A stretch of 60,771 nucleotides of DNA, filler included. It is 5 parts of 5 records of this genome, joined end to end, with 100 filler letters (N's around TTAATTAATTAA, not from the genome) between each part and the next. Parts side by side here need not be neighbours in the genome. Positions count along the whole stretch, not along the records: positions 11,443 to 28,550 come from SRR22947725_4197; positions 28,651 to 34,318 come from SRR22947725_4207; positions 34,419 to 54,700 come from SRR22947725_4218; 2 more parts are not named here. One strand, 5' to 3'. The number at the start of each line of letters is the position of its first letter. Within the stretch, counting starts at the first letter, position 1. A program made the translations under genes and the position numbers. Below are positions 28,550 through 36,725 of this stretch, one piece after another. The notes beneath the pieces were generated by a model, which did not search any database, was not told where the DNA came from, and saw only the letters and a list, made by a program, of their open reading frames with translations.

Positions 28550-28550
28550 A

Positions 28551-28650
28551 NNNNNNNNNNNNNNNNNNNNNNNNNNNNNNNNNNNNNNNNNNNNTTAATT
28601 AATTAANNNNNNNNNNNNNNNNNNNNNNNNNNNNNNNNNNNNNNNNNNNN
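28551..28650. other. Artificial contig spacer
   Basis: 44 N + TTAATTAATTAA + 44 N. Confidence 0.99.
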
Positions 28651-29622
28651 ATACAATTCAGGATCATTGTCTATAGTATTTAACATAGAAAAACCTGCTG
28701 CCATAGCTAACGGATTTCCACTTAATGTACCAGCTTGATAAACAGGCCCATTAGGAGATAAATAAGACATAATCTTATTAGTTGAAGCAAAAGCTCCAAC
28801 AGGAAGACCACCTCCTATTATCTTTCCAAAACATACAATATCTGCTGAAATTCCATAAAGTTCCTGTGCACCGCCTTTTGCTACTCTGAAACCAGTCATA
28901 ACTTCATCAAATATTAATAATATATTATGCTTATCACATAATTTTCTTAATCCTTTTAAAAACCCATCAACAGGTGGAATACACCCCATATTTCCTGCAA
29001 TTGGCTCAAGAATAATAGCTGAAACTTCATTTTTATTAGATAAAATAATATTCTCGACACTTTTAAGGTTATTGTACTGAGCTATTAAAGTGTCTTTTGC
29101 AGTCCCGTTAGTGACTCCGGGGCTATTTGGTTCCCCGTAAGTAATACTACCACTTCCTGCTTGAATTAAAAATGAATCACTATGTCCATGGTAACATCCT
29201 GAAAACTTGATTATTTTTTCTTTTTTGGTATATCCTCTTGCCAATCGAATAGCACTCATACAAGCTTCTGTTCCAGAGTTTACAAATCGAATTTGATCAA
29301 TATTTGGAACCATTTTTACTACTAGCTTAGCAATATTATTTTCAATTTCTGTCGGAGCTCCAAATGAAGTTCCTTTTTGTGCTTTTTTAATTATTGCGTT
29401 TACAACAGTTGGATAAGAATGACCTAGTATCATAGGTCCCCATGAGTTTATGTATTCAATATACATATTACCATCCTCATCTATCAAGTAAGCACCCTTG
29501 GCTTCTTTAATAAATATTGGAGTTCCACCTACCGCTTTGAAAGCTCTAACTGGGGAATTAACCCCTCCGGGTATATGTTTTAGCGCTTCTTTAAATAATG
29601 CACTACTTCTTTGATATATCAT
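28651..29622 (-). CDS. hemL: Glutamate-1-semialdehyde 2,1-aminomutase, 3'-truncated
   Basis: [33 protein letters not shown] and [10 protein letters not shown] motifs. Confidence 0.96.
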
Positions 29623-30401
29623 TTATCTATTATTAAAAATTGGCCTATAGTTAATGTTCTATCTTTTAGTTTATTGATTTTTAATAGCTCCATTAAAGAG
29701 ATTTTATATTTTTTTGATATTGAATATAATGTGTCACCTTTTACTACTTCATGTTTTAATGTATAATCTCTAACACTTTTATTTTTATGACTTCTTTTTT
29801 TTAATACTATTTCATCATAAATAAATAGCTTATAATTTTCTATTAAATTAATCAATTTAATAGGGTAATTTTTATCTGTAGCATAACCAGCTTTTTTTAA
29901 ACCTTTAGCCCAGTTTTTATAATCACTAATTGAAAGATCAAAAAGGTCAGAGTATCTTGATCTCGATGTTAAAAAAATAGAGTGATCTCTGTAAGAGTAT
30001 TCTGGTGCGCTGTATTTTCTGAAACACTCTTGCGCTTCATCATCATCATGGAAAATTTTCGGTCCTTTCCAATCATGACACTTAATTCCAAAATGGTTAT
30101 TCGCTTCAACTGATAATCTTCCTTTTCCTGAACCAGACTCTAAAATTCCTTGAGCTAAAGTAATACTTGCGGGTATTTTATAAGTTCGCATTTCATCCAT
30201 CGCAACTCCACTAAAATAATCAATGTAATCATTAACATTATTTATAACTGGTAGAGAGGACTTATTTGTTTTTGATGGTTTAGCATTAACTTTTTTATCA
30301 ACTTTTTTATTATTCTCAATTTCTACTGGAGAATTAATGATAATTTTTTTTGTGCCACAACTAAATATTATAAAGACTATAAGTATCCTGAATTTTATCA
30401 T
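29619..30401 (-). CDS. Glucosaminidase (GH73/FlgJ-type) + LysM lipoprotein
   Basis: Lipobox-like [27 protein letters not shown] and GYATD motifs; C-terminal [14 protein letters not shown] LysM. Confidence 0.92.
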   Translation of the reverse strand: MIKFRILIVFIIFSCGTKKIIINSPVEIENNKKVDKKVNAKPSKTNKSSLPVINNVNDYIDYFSGVAMDEMRTYKIPASITLAQGILESGSGKGRLSVEANNHFGIKCHDWKGPKIFHDDDEAQECFRKYSAPEYSYRDHSIFLTSRSRYSDLFDLSISDYKNWAKGLKKAGYATDKNYPIKLINLIENYKLFIYDEIVLKKRSHKNKSVRDYTLKHEVVKGDTLYSISKKYKISLMELLKINKLKDRTLTIGQFLIIDK

Positions 30402-31315
30402 TAGTAATTAATCGTAGTTAAATTTTTATCTTTTAGAAATTTATTCATAGGTAATATTCCCTGATGCCCACCTGTGTGAATCATTAGTATTTTAGAATTG
30501 GGTTTAAAAAAATTATTAGTCATTAAATTTAAAACACCATACACCATTTTTGATGTATAAATTGGATCTAATAAAATATCATATTTATGTCTGAAGTCGT
30601 TCATGAATTTAATTAATTCGATATTAACTTTTCCATAACCACCAAAAGCAAAATCGTCAATAAGCATCCAATTATTATTAGTTACAAATTTAGTAATATC
30701 ATTTAATAAATACTTTTTATTTATTGAAGAAAATCCTATTATTTTTTGATTTTCGTAAGAGCTATTTATTAAACCACTAATTGTACCACCACTACCTACA
30801 GAACAACATATATAATCAAACTTTTTATCATTATGATTTAAAATTTCTTCACACCCTAGAACTCCTAATGCATTCGTTCCACCCTCTGGAATCAGATAAT
30901 AATCTATAAATGTATTTTTTAGTTTATCCAAAAAATCTTCATTAGTTTTTAGTTTATAATTTGATCGTGATAAGAAATTAAATTTCATGCCTAAATTATG
31001 TGAATATTTTAGAGTTGGATTTTCTAAATAATTATTTGCTATTTCATCTCCTCTAATAAAACTAAGTGATTTGAAGCCGTTTTTTTTTGCTGCATATGCA
31101 ACAGCTGGGATATGATTTGAATATGCACCACCAAAAGTCAATAGTCCATTAAAACCTAATTCTTTAGCTTTGATTAAATTAAATTTTAATTTTCTATACT
31201 TATTACCTGAGATAACTTCGTGAATTTTATCTTCTCTTTTTAAAAATAATTGTAATCCATTATTGTTGTCAAAATGAACCTTTTCATTAACACTATTTTT
31301 TAAAATCACGTTCAT
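30401..31315 (-). CDS. ACC deaminase / D-cysteine desulfhydrase family PLP enzyme
   Basis: KRED, SGNK.RKL, TFGGAYSNH, PEGG, LDPIYT.K and HTGG motifs. Confidence 0.9.
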   Translation of the reverse strand: MNVILKNSVNEKVHFDNNNGLQLFLKREDKIHEVISGNKYRKLKFNLIKAKELGFNGLLTFGGAYSNHIPAVAYAAKKNGFKSLSFIRGDEIANNYLENPTLKYSHNLGMKFNFLSRSNYKLKTNEDFLDKLKNTFIDYYLIPEGGTNALGVLGCEEILNHNDKKFDYICCSVGSGGTISGLINSSYENQKIIGFSSINKKYLLNDITKFVTNNNWMLIDDFAFGGYGKVNIELIKFMNDFRHKYDILLDPIYTSKMVYGVLNLMTNNFFKPNSKILMIHTGGHQGILPMNKFLKDKNLTTINY

Positions 31316-31320
31316 GTATT

Positions 31321-31349
31321 CAAAGATAATTCAAATTGCTTTATATTTG
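31321..31349. promoter_or_regulatory. Back-to-back Bacteroidota -7 promoter elements
   Basis: TATCTTTG on the minus strand (31321-31328) and TATATTTG on the plus strand (31342-31349); both match TAnnTTTG. Confidence 0.6.
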
Positions 31350-31375
31350 TGTAGAACAATTATTTTCTAATAATT

Positions 31376-31507
31376 ATGGAGAAAAACTACTACATAACTA
31401 AAGAAGGATATAAATGTTTTACCGAAAAGTATCATTTAAAAAGAGGATATTGTTGTCAAAGTAATTGTAAACACTGCCCTTACGGTTATGATCCAAAAAT
31501 TAATTAA
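31376..31507 (+). CDS. Cys-rich 43-aa miniprotein (DUF5522-like), below the ORF-track size limit
   Basis: MEKNYYITKEGYKCFTEKYHLKRGYCCQSNCKHCPYGYDPKIN* carries an RG.CC...C.HCPY motif; ends 3 bp before hutU. Confidence 0.85.
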   Translation: MEKNYYITKEGYKCFTEKYHLKRGYCCQSNCKHCPYGYDPKIN

Positions 31508-31510
31508 TAT

Positions 31511-33490
31511 ATGACATTCAAAGATCAAATTAAAGAAGGTATTCCTAATAATTTACCTGAAAAAACAAATTTAGATCCAACTATAAATCACGCTCCTAAA
31601 AGAGAAGAAATATTATCTAATAATGAAAAAAAATTAGCAATCACAAATGCTTTAAGATACTTTGACAAAATTCATCATGAAACTTTATATAAGGAATTTA
31701 AAGATGAATTAAATCAATATGGCAGAATTTATATGTATAGATTCAGACCTTCTTACGAAATGTATGCAAGACCACTAGAACAATATCCATTTAAAACTAA
31801 ACAAGCTGGTGCTATTATGTTAATGATTCAAAATAATCTTAACAAAGAAGTAGCTCAACATCCGCATGAATTAATTACTTATGGAGGCAATGGTTCTGTT
31901 TTTCAAAATTGGGCTCAGTACAGGTTGTGTATGAAATATCTTTCTGAAATGAATAACAATCAAACATTAGTTATCAATTCTGGGCATCCTCTTGGACTTT
32001 TTCCATCAAATATATCTGCTCCTAGAGTTGTAGTTTCCAATGGAATGATGATTCCTAATTATTCTTCAAAAGAAAATTTTGAAAAATTTAATGCTTTAGG
32101 TGTAACTCAATATGGTCAGATGACAGCCGGTAGCTACATGTATATTGGCCCACAAGGAATTGTTCATGGAACAACTATTACAGTTTTAAATGCTTTTAGA
32201 AAAATTAATAAAAATCCTTTGGGAAGATTATTTGTAACATCTGGGTTAGGAGGAATGAGTGGAGCTCAGCCTAAAGCTGGAAATATAGCTAAGTGTATTA
32301 CAGTTTGTGCCGAAGTTAATCTAAAAGTTGTTGAAATAAGACATTCACAAGGATGGGTTGATGAAGTGTATAGCGATATTGATAAGCTAATCAAAAGGGT
32401 TAATGTTGCCAAAAAAAACAAAGAAGTTGTCTCTTTAGCTTACCATGGAAATATAATTACCGTTTGGAAGGAGTTTTATAAGAACAATGTTTTCATAGAC
32501 ATAGGTAGTGATCAAACTTCTTTACACAATCCTTGGTCTGGAGGTTATTATCCTGAGAGTCTGGATTTTAAAAGCGCAAATGAGATGATATCAAATGACC
32601 CAATTTTATTTAAGTTGAAAGTAAAAGAAAGTCTTCTTTTACATGCAGAATTTATTAACAAACACTGTGAAAAAGGGACTTATTTTTTTGATTATGGAAA
32701 TGCATTTTTATTAGAAACTTCCAAAGCTGGTGGAGATGTTTTTTCAAAGGATGGAGTGAATTTTAAATTTCCCAGCTATGTACAAGACATTATGGGGCCA
32801 ATGTGCTTTGATTATGGATTTGGTCCATTTAGATGGGTATGTTCTTCTAACAAACAAGATGATTTGGATATGACAGATGAAATAGCTTGTAAAGTACTTG
32901 AAAAATTAATGATTAATTCCCCAAATGAAATTAAAGTTCAAATGCAAGACAATATTGACTGGATAAAAGCTGCAAAAAGCAACTCTCTTGTTGTCGGCTC
33001 TAAAGCCAGAATTTTATATGCAGATTCTTTAGGAAGAGTTGAAATTGCAAAGGCATTTAACAAAGCAATAGCTGAGAAAAAAATTGATACCATTATACTT
33101 GGAAGAGATCATCATGATGTTTCAGGAACAGACTCTCCTTACAGAGAAACTTCAAATATATATGATGGCTCAAAATTTACAGCTGATATGGCTATTCAAA
33201 ATGTGATTGGAGATAGTTTTAGAGGGGCAACATGGGTAAGTATTCATAATGGTGGTGGTGTTGGTTGGGGTGAAGTAATAAATGGTGGTTTTGGCATGGT
33301 TATTGACGGTAGTAAAGAGTGTGATAAAAAAATCGAATCAATGCTACACTGGGATGTTAATAATGGAGTTGCAAGAAGAAGTTGGGCTAGAAACAGTGGT
33401 GCAATTTTTGCAATTAAACAAGCAATGAAGCTCAATTCAGATTTAAAAGTAACTTTACCAAATGAGGTTGACGATAAATATTTAAATTAA
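31511..33490 (+). CDS. hutU: Urocanate hydratase (long Bacteroidota/eukaryote-like form)
   Basis: GQMTAGS..YIGPQGIVHGT, GLGGMSGAQ, SDQTSLH, GRDHHD and HNGGGVG motifs. Confidence 0.96.
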   Translation: MTFKDQIKEGIPNNLPEKTNLDPTINHAPKREEILSNNEKKLAITNALRYFDKIHHETLYKEFKDELNQYGRIYMYRFRPSYEMYARPLEQYPFKTKQAGAIMLMIQNNLNKEVAQHPHELITYGGNGSVFQNWAQYRLCMKYLSEMNNNQTLVINSGHPLGLFPSNISAPRVVVSNGMMIPNYSSKENFEKFNALGVTQYGQMTAGSYMYIGPQGIVHGTTITVLNAFRKINKNPLGRLFVTSGLGGMSGAQPKAGNIAKCITVCAEVNLKVVEIRHSQGWVDEVYSDIDKLIKRVNVAKKNKEVVSLAYHGNIITVWKEFYKNNVFIDIGSDQTSLHNPWSGGYYPESLDFKSANEMISNDPILFKLKVKESLLLHAEFINKHCEKGTYFFDYGNAFLLETSKAGGDVFSKDGVNFKFPSYVQDIMGPMCFDYGFGPFRWVCSSNKQDDLDMTDEIACKVLEKLMINSPNEIKVQMQDNIDWIKAAKSNSLVVGSKARILYADSLGRVEIAKAFNKAIAEKKIDTIILGRDHHDVSGTDSPYRETSNIYDGSKFTADMAIQNVIGDSFRGATWVSIHNGGGVGWGEVINGGFGMVIDGSKECDKKIESMLHWDVNNGVARRSWARNSGAIFAIKQAMKLNSDLKVTLPNEVDDKYLN

Positions 33491-33497
33491 AAATAAT

Positions 33498-34013
33498 ATG
33501 AAAAACTATAAAATATTACTAATTCTATTAATTTCCCTAACGTATTTATCTTGCTCTTCGGTTAGAGTAACTACAGATTATAATAGTGAAATTGACTTTT
33601 CATCATATAAAACATATGCATTTTCAAAAAAAGGAATAGATAAAGCTAAAATTAACGAACTTGATAAAAAAAGAATTTTAAAAGCATTAGAAATTGAACT
33701 GTCATCAATAGGTCTTAGAAAAAACTCTATAGATCCAGATGTTGTTGTTAGTATTTTTACAGGTGTAAACGAACAAATAAATATTAATAATTCTTACAAT
33801 TATCTAGGTTATAGTTATGGTCCATGGTATAATTTTAATTATCATACTTCTACTACTCAAGGGACACTTTACATTGACATTATAGATTATAAGAAAAATG
33901 AATTAGTTTGGCAAGGTATAGGTAAAGGCTATATTTCAGAAAAAACATCAAAGAAGGAAGAGCAAATTAAATCATTTGTGAATAAAATTTTATTACAATA
34001 CCCAGTAAAATAA
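33498..34013 (+). CDS. DUF4136-like lipoprotein
   Basis: Lipobox LSC; DY...DFS.YKTYAF; GTL.IDIID...LVWQG. Confidence 0.82.
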   Translation: MKNYKILLILLISLTYLSCSSVRVTTDYNSEIDFSSYKTYAFSKKGIDKAKINELDKKRILKALEIELSSIGLRKNSIDPDVVVSIFTGVNEQININNSYNYLGYSYGPWYNFNYHTSTTQGTLYIDIIDYKKNELVWQGIGKGYISEKTSKKEEQIKSFVNKILLQYPVK

Positions 34014-34014
34014 T

Positions 34015-34318
34015 TTAGTTTTTTACATCTAATTTATCTCTTAACTTATTTCCTAAAAGCATAAAGGCCATTACCAATGACATTATGCAAATTCCTGGTA
34101 TCAATGCTAACATTGGCTTACCTAGTATAATATAATTATAATGATCTTTAATTATTGACCCCCAACTAGCCATTGGAGGCTGAGCGCCTAAACCTAAAAA
34201 ACTAAGTCCACTTTCAATTAATATGGATGCAGCAAAATTTGCTGCAGAAATAATTATAAGAGGAGAAACTATATTAGGCAAAATATGTTTTACCAAAATT
34301 CTGAAATCACTAAATCCA
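34015..34318 (-). CDS. Peptide/nickel ABC transporter permease (OppC/DppC-like), C-terminal fragment
   Basis: KHILPN, ESGLSFLGLG.QPP..SWG and G..LRD.LD motifs. Confidence 0.88.
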
Positions 34319-34418
34319 NNNNNNNNNNNNNNNNNNNNNNNNNNNNNNNNNNNNNNNNNNNNTTAATTAATTAANNNNNNNNNNNNNNNNNNNNNNNNNN
34401 NNNNNNNNNNNNNNNNNN
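34319..34418. other. Artificial contig spacer
   Basis: 44 N + TTAATTAATTAA + 44 N. Confidence 0.99.
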
Positions 34419-34419
34419 A

Positions 34420-34740
34420 ATAGTTGGAGGTAGGACTGGAGCATTTTCAGGCTTTATGATGCAGCGTGGCAGAATGATTATTTGTGGTGATGCTGGAATG
34501 AACTTAGGGGATTCCATGTATGACGGCACAATCTATGTCGGTGGTGAAGTTGAGGAGCTTGGAGTAGATTGTGTGCCGGGTGAAATGACGGAATTGGACT
34601 TACGTTACTTAACAGAGAAATTAGCTATATATGGCATCAAAACTCCTAGAGGAGTTGAAAAAATGCAAAAGTATGTTTCAGGAAAAATGTTATGGAACTA
34701 TGCTAGCTTAGAGCCTAATGAGAAGAAACTAATTCTTTAA
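34420..34740 (+). CDS. GXGXG-domain glutamate-synthase-like subunit (MgsB/GlxC-like), 5'-truncated
   Basis: IVGGRTGAFSGFMMQRGRMIICGDAG..LGDSMYDGTIYVGG beta-helix repeats; upstream of the FMN-binding subunit. Confidence 0.8.
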   Translation: MVGGRTGAFSGFMMQRGRMIICGDAGMNLGDSMYDGTIYVGGEVEELGVDCVPGEMTELDLRYLTEKLAIYGIKTPRGVEKMQKYVSGKMLWNYASLEPNEKKLIL

Positions 34741-34775
34741 TCGTACTTTTAACAAATTAAACTAAAGGAAATATT

Positions 34776-36113
34776 ATGAGTGATTCAGATCAAAAACATA
34801 GACTAGGAAAAAGTTTTATCTTCCCTAAATCAGTGATGGACGATATTCATATCAAATCTGATTTGGGACGATACAGAATGAGAGGCTTCTCTTTATTTAA
34901 AAAGATTCCAACTTGGGATGACTTAACTTTTATGCCAGGAACTTTAACTCGTTTCGTTATTGAGGGTTATAGAGAGAAATGTTTGACTAAAACAATTATT
35001 GGGCCAGAAGCTCCAAGACCGTTAGAGCTAGATATTCCAATCTACATTACTGGTATGAGCTTTGGAGCTCTGAGTTATGAAGCTAAAACAGCTTTGGCAA
35101 GAGGCGCAACAATGGCTGGAACTGCTACTTGTTCAGGTGAAGGTGGAATGATTCCAGATGAGAGGCGTTATTCAAGCAAGTGGTTTTATCAGTGTATCCA
35201 GTCTCGCTATGGATTCAACCCTCAACATTTGCGTCTTGCTGATAGTGTTGAGTTCTTTATTGGACAAGGTTGCAAGGTTGGCTTAGGTGGCCACTTGATG
35301 GGTCAAAAAGTAACCGATCAGGTTGCTGAGATGCGTTCTTTACCTGCTGGTATCGATCAGCGCTCACCAGCAAGGCATCCAGACTGGCTAGGACCAGATG
35401 ACTTGGCACTTAAAATCGAAGAGATTCGTGAAGCGACAGATGGACAGATCCCTATTCAATTAAAGCTAGGTGCTGCACGCGTATACGATGACGTTCGTAT
35501 GGCTGCTAAAACTGGCTGTGATAGTATTTATATTGATGGTATGGAAGGCGGTACTGCTGCTGGACCACATATTGCAACAGAAGAGACGGGTGTTCCAGGA
35601 ATTGCTGCCATTCGTCAAGCACGAAACGCAATTGATGATGTCGGTATGACTGGCAGAATTTCACTCGTTTATGCTGGTGGAATTCGAAATGGTGGTGACG
35701 TTGCAAAAGCTGTCGCTTTAGGTGCTGACGCAGTTGCTATTGGTCACTCATCACTTATGGCGCTTAATTGTAACAAAGATATTCCTGAAGCTGATTATCC
35801 TGCTGAAATGGGTGTTGAAGCTGGGGAGTGTTATCACTGTCATACCGGTCGCTGTCCTGTAGGTGTTGCGACTCAAGACCCAGAGCTTAGAAAGCGTCTT
35901 GACCCTGATGAAGCATCAGAAAGAGTCTATAACTTCCTTCATACACTAGCTATTGAAACGCAAATGATGGCTCGTGCTTGTGGCAAGACTAACATACACT
36001 CTCTAGAGCCAGAAGATTTGGCTGCTTTGACAATGGAGGCTTCAGCTTGTGCACAGGTTCCTATTGCAGGATCACAGCACACGGTTGGTCGTCCTGATAT
36101 GACACGCTTTTAA
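34776..36113 (+). CDS. FMN-binding glutamate-synthase-family protein (MgsC/GlxD-like, putative N-methylglutamate synthase subunit)
   Basis: GMSFGALS, GEGG, GQGCK.G.GG.L, RSPARHPD, DG.EGGT and GGIRNG.DVAK motifs; CYHCHTGRCPVGVATQ Fe-S motif. Confidence 0.85.
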   Translation: MSDSDQKHRLGKSFIFPKSVMDDIHIKSDLGRYRMRGFSLFKKIPTWDDLTFMPGTLTRFVIEGYREKCLTKTIIGPEAPRPLELDIPIYITGMSFGALSYEAKTALARGATMAGTATCSGEGGMIPDERRYSSKWFYQCIQSRYGFNPQHLRLADSVEFFIGQGCKVGLGGHLMGQKVTDQVAEMRSLPAGIDQRSPARHPDWLGPDDLALKIEEIREATDGQIPIQLKLGAARVYDDVRMAAKTGCDSIYIDGMEGGTAAGPHIATEETGVPGIAAIRQARNAIDDVGMTGRISLVYAGGIRNGGDVAKAVALGADAVAIGHSSLMALNCNKDIPEADYPAEMGVEAGECYHCHTGRCPVGVATQDPELRKRLDPDEASERVYNFLHTLAIETQMMARACGKTNIHSLEPEDLAALTMEASACAQVPIAGSQHTVGRPDMTRF

Positions 36114-36127
36114 GGATAGGAGAAATT

Positions 36128-36514
36128 ATGAGCAATAAAGAAGAAGAATTTGTAGTTGGAGCTGACGGCTTAGATACAGATCGCGAACAAATGATTGGTC
36201 AACATATCGGCTATCGATATGATGTTAACCTTGTCCCTGATCTAAAGTTTATTACACCTTTTTTGCAGAAGTACATTGACAAAATGGGCTGGAAAGATCT
36301 TAACTGGTTAGAGGACATCCACATGGGGTATGAGGGTGATCAAGCTGCTGTTTTTGATAGAAATATTAATGGTTGGGTTACGATTCCAGACAATATAAAG
36401 CTGCCAAACAATCAACAAGAGCGTGACATGATTGCTCGTGAACTGTTGGTTAAGTTTCAAATGTCTGAAAATCATCCAATGGTTGATCTCAATAACGCTT
36501 ACCGTAAGTTCTAA
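36128..36514 (+). CDS. Hypothetical protein (128 aa) co-transcribed with the mgsC-like gene
   Basis: Strong SD (TAGGAG) within the 14-bp gap after the upstream stop; globular composition; no family recognised. Confidence 0.8.
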   Translation: MSNKEEEFVVGADGLDTDREQMIGQHIGYRYDVNLVPDLKFITPFLQKYIDKMGWKDLNWLEDIHMGYEGDQAAVFDRNINGWVTIPDNIKLPNNQQERDMIARELLVKFQMSENHPMVDLNNAYRKF

Positions 36515-36532
36515 CTACTGTAAGTGATTTAA

Positions 36533-36618
36533 AAGGGGAGGCATTGAGAGATCTAGTCTCTTTGATTCCTCTCCTTAGTTTATCGGCACCTCACCCCCTG
36601 AGGTGCTGAATAAACTAA
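36533..36618. ncRNA. Tandem stem-loop element (structured RNA or complex terminator)
   Basis: Hairpin 1: AAGGGGAGG...CCTCTCCTT with inner AGAGA/TCTCT. Hairpin 2: TTAGTTTAT-CGGCACCTCA-CCCCC-TGAGGTGCTG-A-ATAAACTAA. Confidence 0.5.
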
Positions 36619-36668
36619 AATTTGATAGAGATATAGAATCTAACTCATTGCATGGTGACATTTTGAAA

Positions 36669-36696
36669 TTGAGATTTTCTATATTCTATGTATACT
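36669..36696 (+). promoter_or_regulatory. Sigma70-like promoter for tdm
   Basis: TTGAGA-N16-TATACT, about 30 bp before the GTG start. Confidence 0.5.
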
Positions 36697-36725
36697 CGAT
36701 TATTATTACGTGGGGTTTTTAGTAA

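Noticed and set aside
28603-28650. ORF-track stop codons for hemL (28603) and for the 54486 ORF (54752)
   Set aside because: These stops come from the linker; the genes are truncated by assembly and are not pseudogenes.
36533-36618. Riboswitch controlling tdm
   Set aside because: It matches no aptamer I recognise (glycine, THF, SAM, cobalamin), and a plausible tdm promoter lies downstream of the hairpins.
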